Origin: Escherichia phage BB1
DNA length: 64,000 nt
Sequence record: NC_106597.1
Strand: one strand, 5' to 3'
Shown here in pieces: positions 6,617 to 14,876 of this stretch. Position 1 is the stretch's first letter. Each line of letters starts with the position of its first letter. A program made the position numbers and the translations under genes. The notes under the pieces were generated by a model. That model was not told the origin of the DNA, searched no databases, and saw only the letters and a program-made list of their open reading frames with translations.

Positions 6617-7564
6617 TTACTTGTTACGCATATCCATGATCATTTGACCATCGTAGCCAGTACCTACCACAGTCTGAGGTACACCACCTTGATACTTCTG
6701 AGCACGGATCATTTCAACTTCCAATTGCTTCCAACGAATCATCTCAGGAGTAATGGTACGTTGCAATGCGGCGTTAGCTTCAGCTTCTTTCTTAGCTGCG
6801 TACAGTTTAGCATCTGCGTCACGTTCATTAGCAATAGCTTGGTTGTTACGAGCTTCACGATCTGCTTCTGCTTGTTTAACTTTTTGCTGTGCTTCCTGTT
6901 CAACGCGAGCAAGTTCAGCTTTCGCAGCATTAACTTGCTCTTCACGAACTTTGGTATTCTGTACCTGTTCCATGATTACTGGCGGCAAAGTAATATCCTG
7001 AAGGAACACCTGCTTAACTGTGTAACCATATGGGCGTGCATACTCTTCAACTTCCTGTTGAATTGCAGTTTGCAATTGAGCCTGAATTTTAGCATCAAAT
7101 AAATCTTGTGCTTTAGGTACAGACTTACCAAACTCACGAATAGTAGACAGTAATTTTTCAGTTACATACTTGTCTAGTGCCTGATCCTGAGTACCTGCGT
7201 TAATACGGTTAATCGGTGCTTTAGAACCATCAAACTGCAACATAACAGTCAGGTCAACAGTGGATTTAAACTTATCCTGGCTAGGAACCTGAAGTTTATC
7301 TAATTTTACAGCAATATCTTTTGTACTAAAAGTATCGAAAGATGCAAACGGGTTTACAAGATGGAAACCCGGCAATACTGGATTAGGGTCTACTTTACCC
7401 AGGAATGTTTGGGTTTTAACCGTACCATCAGAAACAATAGTATATGAATTAAAAGCTAGGATTAAACCTGCTAAACCAACTACAGCACCAATACCCCAAC
7501 GTTTAATAGTACGAATTACTTTCTGCTCAGAAGTCAGTTCTTTCATATTTTTAGTAGCAAACAT
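6617..7564 (-). CDS. SPFH/band-7 (prohibitin/HflK-HflC-like) membrane protein
   Basis: N-terminal TM helix (IGAVVGLAGLILAF), SPFH-like core, C-terminal Ala/Glu-rich coiled coil; AAAGGAAAT RBS. Confidence 0.75.
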   Translation of the reverse strand: MFATKNMKELTSEQKVIRTIKRWGIGAVVGLAGLILAFNSYTIVSDGTVKTQTFLGKVDPNPVLPGFHLVNPFASFDTFSTKDIAVKLDKLQVPSQDKFKSTVDLTVMLQFDGSKAPINRINAGTQDQALDKYVTEKLLSTIREFGKSVPKAQDLFDAKIQAQLQTAIQQEVEEYARPYGYTVKQVFLQDITLPPVIMEQVQNTKVREEQVNAAKAELARVEQEAQQKVKQAEADREARNNQAIANERDADAKLYAAKKEAEANAALQRTITPEMIRWKQLEVEMIRAQKYQGGVPQTVVGTGYDGQMIMDMRNK

Positions 7565-7598
7565 ATATTTCCTTTGTTTTAGTTACAGTTAATAAAAT

Positions 7599-7673
7599 TG
7601 GCCGAGGTGACAGGATTCGAACCTGCATAAAGGAATTTAGAAGACTCCTGCCTCTCCCTTAGACTACACCCCG
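7599..7673 (-). tRNA. tRNA-Arg (anticodon UCU)
   Basis: Manual fold: T-arm GCAGG-TTCGAAT-CCTGT, anticodon stem with loop rc of ttagaag, acceptor pairs with one G-U, CCA encoded. Confidence 0.7.
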
Positions 7674-8172
7674 TTTAAGTATTTTTAAGAACTCTCGTAA
7701 AAACTCTTAAAAATACAGACGATACCGGGAGAGTCATAAGTCTCACTCATTAAGTATTTCAAGACAAAATACGGTAACGTCTATTATTTTCCAGTTTAAG
7801 TCAGGGTGACTTAGTGGTTATGTCCTGCGGTATATTGAGGACTCGGTTAGGCTTGGGGTCATGACTTCCCGCCTTTTGCTGCTACTCAACAGGAGTTATC
7901 GCGAATTACCTGTGCTATTGTGCACCATTAGTGACATCTCTCATGTCAGCATTTCCCACTTTGTGGATAGCTTGAAAAACTACTCCGATATGGAGAAAGA
8001 ACTTCACTATCCTAGAATACCTTCTAAAGTTCTTCTTTAGCCTGGACATAGTTAAATCGTAATAAAACTATTCAGCAGACTGGTTGGTTAGTCTGGAACC
8101 AACTACCGCGTGGTTTAGGCAGTGCGCAACTAACCTAGGAAGCTTTTACGTTAAAAGCATCAGTTATCCAGT

Positions 8173-8250
8173 TCTTACCGACCGTAGGATTCGAACCTAC
8201 ATCTTCCACCAGTTACGGCTTGATAATACCAATTATACTAGGACGGCAGT
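8173..8250 (-). tRNA. tRNA-like element (possible pseudo-tRNA)
   Basis: Canonical T-arm GTAGG-TTCGAAT-CCTAC but no CCA, mismatched acceptor and no clean anticodon arm. Confidence 0.3.
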
Positions 8251-8470
8251 GTTACTACATAAGTGATTTCCACACCCCACTATTTATAAATCAGAGAAGA
8301 GTTTAGGGGAGAGGTTTCAGACGCCTCATTTTACACGTTCTAGCCACTAACCGGGATTGCCGCCCCCTGTGTACTAGTTTTACAACTAACCCACCGACTC
8401 TATTCAATGCGCTCCGGTTGGGATTCTGCACTCAGCGTAATCGGCTCGCTGTTCCCTAATTTATGAATAT

Positions 8471-8499
8471 ATTATACAGAATTTATAAGCATTTAGCAA
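8471..8499 (-). promoter_or_regulatory. early promoter (minus sense TTGCTA-17-TATAAT)
   Basis: attata 8471-8476, 17-bp spacer, tagcaa 8494-8499; conserved caatttatgaa downstream. Confidence 0.65.
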
Positions 8500-8507
8500 A
8501 TGAATTT

Positions 8508-8942
8508 TTAGAAAAATTCACTAGCAATCAAAGCAGTTGTTTTACCGTCATAACGTCCTGGAAACTCTGCCTTAATGGTTTTCATTAAGAGAGCTTTGGT
8601 AATGCCGGGGTTTAGCTTAACCAGTTCTGCAAAGTATTTACGAATTTCAGTTTCAGTCAGTTGACTTGGCTGATACTCTTGCAGCATGGAATAAAGCAGT
8701 TGCTCATAGTCTACATCAGTAGGGACTTTCGTACCAACTTTAATAGCGCGCTGTTTTGCATTTTCTAGAGCCTTAATCTGAGCTTTCAGATAGGCTACAA
8801 ACTCGGTTCGAGTAACAATGTCTTTATCAATACGTTGCAGGTCGCCAATCATGGTCTGAAGATTAAGTGCCCGCTCTTTATCACCGTGAGTACGTGCTAG
8901 ACTAAGCAGTCCACGAAGGGTCGTTAGGATATTTTCACCCAT
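8508..8942 (-). CDS. hypothetical protein (144 aa)
   Basis: ORF; start overlaps stop of upstream small ORF (TAATG). Confidence 0.5.
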   Translation of the reverse strand: MGENILTTLRGLLSLARTHGDKERALNLQTMIGDLQRIDKDIVTRTEFVAYLKAQIKALENAKQRAIKVGTKVPTDVDYEQLLYSMLQEYQPSQLTETEIRKYFAELVKLNPGITKALLMKTIKAEFPGRYDGKTTALIASEFF

Positions 8943-9112
8943 TATTTCATCCCCAATGCTTGGTTAAAAGATTGTTCTGTCATAACTGCTGAGACTTTGG
9001 CGAAATCAAACTTTTTAGGGTTCGTAGTGATTTCAGCAACGTTAGAAGTTTTAACAGTTTTCGTAGTACGAATACCGCGAGTGTTAACACCAATAATTAC
9101 AACTGATTTCAT
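8942..9112 (-). CDS. hypothetical small protein (about 56 aa), below ORF-track cutoff
   Basis: Hand-translated MKSVVIIGVNTRGIRTTK...; strong RBS AATGAGAGGAAGCGAAAT before ATG. Confidence 0.45.
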   Translation of the reverse strand: MKSVVIIGVNTRGIRTTKTVKTSNVAEITTNPKKFDFAKVSAVMTEQSFNQALGMK

Positions 9113-9143
9113 ATTTCGCTTCCTCTCATTAATTTATGAAAGT

Positions 9144-9172
9144 ATTATACAGAAATTTAAGTATTTAAGCAA
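9144..9172 (-). promoter_or_regulatory. early promoter (minus sense TTGCTT-17-TATAAT)
   Basis: attata 9144-9149, aagcaa 9167-9172. Confidence 0.6.
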
Positions 9173-9180
9173 ATAAATTT

Positions 9181-9648
9181 TTAAGTTTTAGTGACAACAG
9201 GTTTATAAAATGTATGTCCCTTAATCTTAGTTGTTTTCTTAAACTTCTTTGTCCAGTAAGGTTTATCTTTACCGCTATGAAAGTATAACGCTCCATATGT
9301 GGGATCTTGCGGTAAATCAACGTAGTATATCACTCTAGCTAAATTCTTAGCGGTTTGCCAAGCCTCATCAGTTTTATCAACTTTTGGTCTCTTAGATACC
9401 CAAGAGAACTGGTTAGACTGATATACTACTTTACAGTAGGAATCCGGGAATTTACCGGAGTTTACACGGTTTTTAGTAACATGTGCAATCGCCGTCATTC
9501 CCTTTATGCCCTCACCACGACTTTCGAAATAGATATTTTTAGCAATGCAATCTATTTCTTTTGCATCGTGCGATGCCTGACTACTAAAGCTGAAGGTAAG
9601 GGCAGCTACTAAAAGCAAAGCTGCCTTCATTCTTTTTACTCCTGCCAA
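9181..9648 (-). CDS. secreted cell-wall hydrolase, SleB-like
   Basis: N-terminal signal peptide (MKAALLLVAALTFSFSSQA); motif IAKNIYFESRGEG...VYQSNQFSW typical of the SleB/cell-wall hydrolase family. Confidence 0.65.
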   Translation of the reverse strand: MAGVKRMKAALLLVAALTFSFSSQASHDAKEIDCIAKNIYFESRGEGIKGMTAIAHVTKNRVNSGKFPDSYCKVVYQSNQFSWVSKRPKVDKTDEAWQTAKNLARVIYYVDLPQDPTYGALYFHSGKDKPYWTKKFKKTTKIKGHTFYKPVVTKT

Positions 9649-9953
9649 TCATATTCAACACGATTGGGATTTTCTTTATACCCTAAGTCAAGCAAATCAT
9701 TACGCATATTTTGCTTAGCTACTGGGTTCGAGGTTACTAGTACCACTTTCTTTGGTCTCTGCCCAAATTCTAAGAGTAAACGAAGAATTTGATAACCTTC
9801 CATACCATCTACCGCCAAGTCATTATCCATATAAACGAAGTGGCCTGTGGTATCAGTTTTATTCAGAAACTCTACAGCGGCTTCTGGGGTTCGAATGATA
9901 ATGTCCATTCCGTGAAGATTACGCACATCATCAATCAAAATATGAAAAGTCAT
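9636..9953 (-). CDS. stand-alone receiver (REC/CheY-like) domain protein, tentative
   Basis: 105 aa with alternating beta-alpha pattern, acidic pocket (ILIDD...MDNDL) and KKVVLVTS motif; ACGAGG RBS. Confidence 0.4.
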   Translation of the reverse strand: MTFHILIDDVRNLHGMDIIIRTPEAAVEFLNKTDTTGHFVYMDNDLAVDGMEGYQILRLLLEFGQRPKKVVLVTSNPVAKQNMRNDLLDLGYKENPNRVEYDWQE

Positions 9954-9982
9954 AATAGCCTCGTTTCATCAATTTAAAAATA

Positions 9983-10011
9983 TATTATACAGATAACTTA
10001 GTAAATTAGCA
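9983..10011 (-). promoter_or_regulatory. early promoter (minus sense TTGCTA-17-TATAAT)
   Basis: attata 9983-9988, tagcaa 10006-10011. Confidence 0.6.
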
Positions 10012-10395
10012 AATACATTTTTAAATTGTGAAACTAGTAAACCGATAAACAGCCTAGAGGCGCCACAGGCCATATCTTATGAGCCATGTACCTTTGATCT
10101 AGGGTTTGAATCATCAACGAATACTTTGCATCTTTTAGCTTTAGAAGTTTAGAAGTTTGAGTTCTTTAAACTTTTCAGCTTTCATACTTAAATGTTGATC
10201 TTTGAAGTTGTGTCGGTAATATCAACGACGCTTTGTTCTTACGTGTCAGCTTAAAAGGCTGGTGTAATAAACATAATCTCCAATAGATTATACTTTATAG
10301 TATGGTCAGCGGTCTTATTTAACCTCGTATTTCAACCGCTGCTGCGAGGTAAGATGCTTGGGCTTTCGTCTACCGATTTACTAGCTTTTAAATTA

Positions 10396-11034
10396 TTACT
10401 CTACTTCAATGAAGGTAGAGGCGTTAGACTCGGACAGAACAAAGTCAACATTTGTTGCAAAGTCCTGATATTCCTCGTCATGCTGCTTAATCAGCTTTTC
10501 CAGTTCCAGCGGATCAATCAAGAATGGGGTATTCTTGAGTTCTAGCAGGTTGAGCTGCATTTTAACTTCATCTTCGGAAGTTTTCTTATCGCGGGTAGCC
10601 ATGCTATCCTGCAAACGCTCATATTTAGCATCAAACTGTGCTTTCTGCGTATTAAACTTAACCGTAGCGGCATGGAACTGCTTACGCATGTTAGCCAGCA
10701 GTTGGGCTTTAAGTTCCATAGAACGCTTAGCTTCAATTGCTTCCGCAACAGTCATCTTACGAGAGCCAATCTCAACGATTGTTTCCGCATTGCTTTTAAT
10801 CAGAGCAGCTTTGATACGATCACGCTGGGACATCATATCCAGCAGAGACTGGAAATCAGTCTTAATACGAGTAGACAGATCAGCTACTTCGATTGCAGCG
10901 CCAACTACAACCTGGTTTTTATCCTTACCTTCACCAACAGCGATCAGAAGCTGCTGTTCAGTAGCTTTACGGATTTTAGCTTCCAGAGATTTGATAGTTG
11001 CCAGAGCGCGAGTTTTAGAAATACGAGTAGTCAT
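10396..11034 (-). CDS. hypothetical protein (212 aa, coiled-coil-rich)
   Basis: ORF with AAGGAAG RBS. Confidence 0.55.
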   Translation of the reverse strand: MTTRISKTRALATIKSLEAKIRKATEQQLLIAVGEGKDKNQVVVGAAIEVADLSTRIKTDFQSLLDMMSQRDRIKAALIKSNAETIVEIGSRKMTVAEAIEAKRSMELKAQLLANMRKQFHAATVKFNTQKAQFDAKYERLQDSMATRDKKTSEDEVKMQLNLLELKNTPFLIDPLELEKLIKQHDEEYQDFATNVDFVLSESNASTFIEVE

Positions 11035-11087
11035 TATTTGCTTCCTTATATGAAGTTTGAGATTTGAATTTGTTTAAAGTTGGTCTA

Positions 11088-11270
11088 TTACAGACCAATT
11101 GCCAGCAGAGTGCGTAGAACAGTATCGTTACTGTTATCAATTTTAGGATTAGCACGATTTAGCAGATCAAAGATTTTCTGGACACCTGATTGACGTTCAG
11201 CCATACGACGGATACCCAGATTACGAGTAGCTTTCTTACCATTTTTACGAACATTTTTAGATACTGGCAT
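11088..11270 (-). CDS. hypothetical small basic protein (60 aa)
   Basis: ORF with AAAGGAAAA RBS. Confidence 0.45.
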   Translation of the reverse strand: MPVSKNVRKNGKKATRNLGIRRMAERQSGVQKIFDLLNRANPKIDNSNDTVLRTLLAIGL

Positions 11271-11310
11271 ATTTGTTTTCCTTTTATTGTTTTCTCAAAT
11301 TTATGAATAT

Positions 11311-11339
11311 ATTATACAGAATTTTGGAGCCGGAAGCAA
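11311..11339 (-). promoter_or_regulatory. early promoter (minus sense TTGCTT-17-TATAAT)
   Basis: attata 11311-11316, aagcaa 11334-11339. Confidence 0.6.
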
Positions 11340-11340
11340 A

Positions 11341-12042
11341 TCAAATTTTCATTTTTTCGATCATAGCTGCAACACAATAGCTCTCAACTAAGGCATCAAA
11401 TGCTGGGTCGTGCTTAACCGGATAGATCCCATAACGAATGGTGTCCATCTTCTCCATTTTAGCTTTTGCCCAGCTAATACCCTCAGCCTCTAGATCTTTG
11501 TAACTATAACCAGCTTGCATCCAGAGATTACGAAGAGATCTAACATTGCCCAAATTCCAGAATTTCCACGGAACTACCTCTTCATTGGTTCCAGCATGGA
11601 ACGTGTTTGCAGAGTAGATAGTCATATCAAACTCTGGGCCATTGCCATAATACAGAGCATTTTCGCCTAGAGCCAACTCCATAATATTTTGAGCCATAGA
11701 GAAGGCAGCATAGTTTGAGCCAAATTTATTAGTGCAATGATGTTTACCATTTTGGAAGGCAATCAGTTTTGGATTACGCTCCTTCATAGCTTCCATAATG
11801 TGGATAGCAGACGGGCTATTTTTAGCTTGATCCATCCAGAATGCTAGAGTAGATGCTGTAACTTTGGCACCAGAATTAAGCTGATCCTGCACATCCAAAG
11901 TAACAAATACTAAGTCAGGGTCTTTATCAATCCCATGCATAGCCACAAAAGCGAAAGAAGGCATTGCGATATGAGTAGTACCACAATCTCCTGGAGTTCC
12001 CAGAGATTCAATATCTAGCATACCAAATGGTTTTACTTTCAT
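11341..12042 (-). CDS. DEDDh-type 3'-5' exonuclease (DnaQ-like fold)
   Basis: Exo motifs LDIES (D-x-E), FD, and H-x4-D (HDPAFDA); AAAGGATAAG RBS. Confidence 0.65.
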   Translation of the reverse strand: MKVKPFGMLDIESLGTPGDCGTTHIAMPSFAFVAMHGIDKDPDLVFVTLDVQDQLNSGAKVTASTLAFWMDQAKNSPSAIHIMEAMKERNPKLIAFQNGKHHCTNKFGSNYAAFSMAQNIMELALGENALYYGNGPEFDMTIYSANTFHAGTNEEVVPWKFWNLGNVRSLRNLWMQAGYSYKDLEAEGISWAKAKMEKMDTIRYGIYPVKHDPAFDALVESYCVAAMIEKMKI

Positions 12043-12070
12043 AACTTATCCTTTATTGTGTAGAAAACTA

Positions 12071-12307
12071 TTAAAGAGCTGTCTCTTTAATAGACTCCCA
12101 CTTCTTGGGGTCTTTAAAACCAGGAAGCATATCCTCACTGACATCCCAGTTTTCTTCCATAGAGAAGTCGGGCCATTCATTCCAGCTACCTTCCAGCTCT
12201 TCATAACAGGTGTCCATTACCTCATGACTAGAAAGTCGTGTATAATCTCTAGCGGACTTATGTGTGCTAGCACGGTTAAAATTGTTCTTTGCTACAAAAT
12301 TACGCAT
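12071..12307 (-). CDS. hypothetical protein (78 aa)
   Basis: ORF with GGAGAAAC RBS. Confidence 0.5.
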   Translation of the reverse strand: MRNFVAKNNFNRASTHKSARDYTRLSSHEVMDTCYEELEGSWNEWPDFSMEENWDVSEDMLPGFKDPKKWESIKETAL

Positions 12308-12319
12308 AGTTTCTCCAAA

Positions 12320-12341
12320 TAAGAGGGGCTTTCGCCCCCTG
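12320..12341 (-). terminator. intrinsic terminator-like hairpin (minus sense)
   Basis: gaggggc-tttc-gccccct hairpin with T-rich tract in minus sense. Confidence 0.5.
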
Positions 12342-12348
12342 ATTTAAA

Positions 12349-12564
12349 TCACTTGCCCAGCAGTTTAAGGATATTTTCCATAATAGTTTGGGCAGATTTT
12401 TCGCTCTTGTTGGTTTCAGCCAACTTTAAAGCGAGTTCTTCCTGCTGTTTCTGAATATCCGCAGCAATTTTTTGATCAGCCTCAATACGAGCTTGAAGCT
12501 CATCAGTGATAGTGGTAAAGGAAGCAACGATTTCAGTAACGGAACGTGGTTTCTTAGAGAACAT
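12349..12564 (-). CDS. hypothetical protein (71 aa)
   Basis: ORF with AAGGATA RBS. Confidence 0.5.
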   Translation of the reverse strand: MFSKKPRSVTEIVASFTTITDELQARIEADQKIAADIQKQQEELALKLAETNKSEKSAQTIMENILKLLGK

Positions 12565-12627
12565 AAAAGTATCCTTGATTAGTTAGAGAATTAGTAGATT
12601 GTAGGGGCTTCTGCCCCTATTTATCTA

Positions 12628-13143
12628 TTACTTCGCTTTACGCTTGCGAGCTGGTTTAGTAGATTTACGAGCAGAATCACCCGTGAACTTAATGCCTACA
12701 CCGTAACACAGAGCACGAACATTATCTTTACTATACTCTACGCCAAAGATATTTGGCTTAACAGAACCAAACTGTCCACGAGTATCACGCAATACATCTG
12801 CTGTTGGTTTACGCTTCTGGTTAACTGCCTTCTCATAGTCTTTCATAGACATACCATTACGAGAGAACAATTCAGCCCCAGCGTTGAAGCTCAGGGAAAC
12901 TGGGACAGATTTGTGGCCGTAATTTTCTACATACATAACCATTTTGTAGGATTTACGGGTGGCATTTTTAGCTTTAGGCTTCTGACGAATCGGAGCCGGA
13001 TTATTCAGTGCTTGCGCAGCCTGAGCATCGGTAGGATGCTTACGCAAGTGACGTTCCAGACGAGCTTTGCGATTAGCCTCAGTCTTCGGGAAAGTTTTAA
13101 CTGCCGGAGCTGCTTGAGTTTTTGCGTTTTTCTGCTTAGCCAT
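12628..13143 (-). CDS. hypothetical basic protein (171 aa; Lys/Arg-rich termini, possibly nucleic-acid binding)
   Basis: ORF with AAAGGAAAA RBS; composition only. Confidence 0.5.
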   Translation of the reverse strand: MAKQKNAKTQAAPAVKTFPKTEANRKARLERHLRKHPTDAQAAQALNNPAPIRQKPKAKNATRKSYKMVMYVENYGHKSVPVSLSFNAGAELFSRNGMSMKDYEKAVNQKRKPTADVLRDTRGQFGSVKPNIFGVEYSKDNVRALCYGVGIKFTGDSARKSTKPARKRKAK

Positions 13144-13181
13144 TATTTATTTTCCTTTTTGTTTATCAATTTATGAAGTAT

Positions 13182-13210
13182 ATTATACGAGAATTTGAAG
13201 CGTTTAGCAA
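13182..13210 (-). promoter_or_regulatory. early promoter (minus sense TTGCTA-17-TATAAT)
   Basis: attata 13182-13187, tagcaa 13205-13210. Confidence 0.6.
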
Positions 13211-13218
13211 ATGAATTT

Positions 13219-13668
13219 TTAATTTATTAACTGTAAGCTTCTTTTAATTTCAGACCTTACCTGCATCAAAAGAACTCCTAAAGTATTGTCCCCGATGCCT
13301 CGGCAAACACCCCAATATGTATCTCCCCAGGTATTTCCTTCGATCAAAGTTACATTTTTTGTTGCTAACAGTTTGTCTCTCAAATCAGGGATTGCAAACT
13401 TTAACCGTAAAAGCTCTAGCATTACATCATCTTTTACCTTATCCCAGTCAGAGCGTAGAGTTAATTTACGTCCTCTACGTTTGGCAACTCCTGCATTTAG
13501 GGAGCGTAGTACATGAGCTACATCATCTTTTTGGTCGGATTTCATAGCCTGAAAAGCATGTTCTACAGTATCAGCATGCCATATTTCATTTAGATATTCG
13601 AAAGTAATTGGTGATAAGTAAAAGTTAGATAAAAAACTATAAGTACCTTTAAATTCAGTAATCTTCAT
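13219..13668 (-). CDS. NADAR (YbiA-like) family protein
   Basis: Motifs YSFLSNFY and EHAFQAMK characteristic of the NADAR/DUF1768 family. Confidence 0.7.
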   Translation of the reverse strand: MKITEFKGTYSFLSNFYLSPITFEYLNEIWHADTVEHAFQAMKSDQKDDVAHVLRSLNAGVAKRRGRKLTLRSDWDKVKDDVMLELLRLKFAIPDLRDKLLATKNVTLIEGNTWGDTYWGVCRGIGDNTLGVLLMQVRSEIKRSLQLIN

Positions 13669-13949
13669 TTTTTACGCCCCGCATCTTTAGCCTCCTCGGC
13701 TGTATAGATATACTGATAAGCCCCTTTGGAGTAGGCTGGAGCAGTACACATTTTCTTACGCTCAATCTCTTCTTGAGCTTTTCTTTCGCGTTCCGCTAAT
13801 TCTTCGTCCAAATAAACTAAACGTTGTTCTGGAGGGGGTGGAAGACGTGTTTCTGGCTCGCCAATATTAGCCTTTCTTATTTGACGAGGTGATTGTGCAC
13901 GTTTTCTCAATGGTTTAAATCCTAATGAATTTGAGTTATAAATCCGCAT
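13665..13949 (-). CDS. hypothetical protein (94 aa)
   Basis: ORF with GAGGAGGG RBS. Confidence 0.5.
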   Translation of the reverse strand: MRIYNSNSLGFKPLRKRAQSPRQIRKANIGEPETRLPPPPEQRLVYLDEELAERERKAQEEIERKKMCTAPAYSKGAYQYIYTAEEAKDAGRKK

Positions 13950-13976
13950 AAAGCCCTCCTCACTTTCAATACGAAT

Positions 13977-14005
13977 ATTATACTAAATTAGAGGGCTTTA
14001 AGCAA
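13977..14005 (-). promoter_or_regulatory. early promoter (minus sense TTGCTT-17-TATAAT)
   Basis: attata 13977-13982, aagcaa 14000-14005. Confidence 0.6.
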
Positions 14006-14025
14006 GAAAATTTTTAATTTATTTA

Positions 14026-14502
14026 TCACATCTCAGCCATTTCAGCTTCAGTAATAACTGTATTACATAAGGCATCTACAGCTTCATTACCACTAATACC
14101 AGAGTGTCCTTTAACCTTAATAAAGGTAGGGTTAGTATTATGAAAGTTGATATACTGCTGTGTTAATTTAAATGCTTCCTGCCAAAGTTCTAGATTAAGA
14201 GGAACTTCACCATCTGCTTTCTTCCAGCCTTTCCTTTGCCAAGAAAACATCCAACTTTCCATACCATTTTTGCAGTAAGCAGAATCAGTATAGATAGCAA
14301 TTGGTCTATTATCTTTTTTAACAGACCAACGTAGAGCTTCTACAATAGCTGTGAGTTCCATCTCATTATTTGTAGTTTTAGGATTATAGCCAGATTTAGA
14401 ACCTAAACGATCGTCGTTATCATCATAGACAATAAAACCCCAAGCACCTGGACCTGGGTTAGACTTACAAGCACCATCTGTGTAAATGTGGAAAACCGAC
14501 AT
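14026..14502 (-). CDS. rnhA: ribonuclease H
   Basis: RNase H catalytic motifs (YTDGA, EMELTA, YTDSAY, HSG...NE..D); start set at MSVFHIY with GGGAGG RBS. Confidence 0.85.
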   Translation of the reverse strand: MSVFHIYTDGACKSNPGPGAWGFIVYDDNDDRLGSKSGYNPKTTNNEMELTAIVEALRWSVKKDNRPIAIYTDSAYCKNGMESWMFSWQRKGWKKADGEVPLNLELWQEAFKLTQQYINFHNTNPTFIKVKGHSGISGNEAVDALCNTVITEAEMAEM

Positions 14503-14783
14503 TATACCTCCCAACTAATTTTAAGACCCATATCTACAAAGGCGGCTTCTCTGTAGTATTGTGAGAGATGATACCCCTTATCCGATAAGGTTTTTAGTAC
14601 CGATTTAGCGGCTCCTGGCATTTCTCTAGGATTATATAGCCACCTAGCGTAAGGATTATCTCGAATAATTACTTCTGTATTTCCAGACTTAGCAGCTTCT
14701 ACAATCTTTTCTTCTATAAACTTTAGAAATGCGGGTACTTCTGTTAACCCTGCAAGTTCTTGGGCTTCTTTGGCTGAAATCAT
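14502..14783 (-). CDS. hypothetical protein (93 aa)
   Basis: ORF with GGAGGT RBS; stop overlaps rnh start (TAATG). Confidence 0.5.
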   Translation of the reverse strand: MISAKEAQELAGLTEVPAFLKFIEEKIVEAAKSGNTEVIIRDNPYARWLYNPREMPGAAKSVLKTLSDKGYHLSQYYREAAFVDMGLKISWEV

Positions 14784-14808
14784 TATATACCTCCAATTTA
14801 TAAAATAT

Positions 14809-14837
14809 ATTATATTTAAATTTCACTAAATAAGCAA
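14809..14837 (-). promoter_or_regulatory. early promoter (minus sense TTGCTT-17-TATAAT)
   Basis: attata 14809-14814, aagcaa 14832-14837. Confidence 0.55.
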
Positions 14838-14852
14838 ATGAAATTTAAATAT

Positions 14853-14874
14853 AATAGCCCCGAAGGGCTATTTA
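14853..14874 (-). terminator. intrinsic terminator-like hairpin after thyA (minus sense)
   Basis: tagcccc-gaa-ggggcta hairpin followed by T-rich tract in minus sense. Confidence 0.5.
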
Positions 14875-14876
14875 AA

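Noticed and set aside
6644-7102. Track ORFs 6644-7102, 6739-6945, 6753-7001 inside the SPFH gene
   Set aside because: Antisense or alternative-frame ORFs within a well-supported gene; low-complexity translations.
8084-8266. Track ORF 8084-8266 (+)
   Set aside because: Covers the tRNA-like element at 8173-8250 in antisense, no RBS; spurious.
10535-11067. Track ORFs 10535-11053 and 10672-11067 (+), 10542-10748 (-)
   Set aside because: Antisense or overlapping frames of gene 10396-11034, which has a proper RBS and promoter context.
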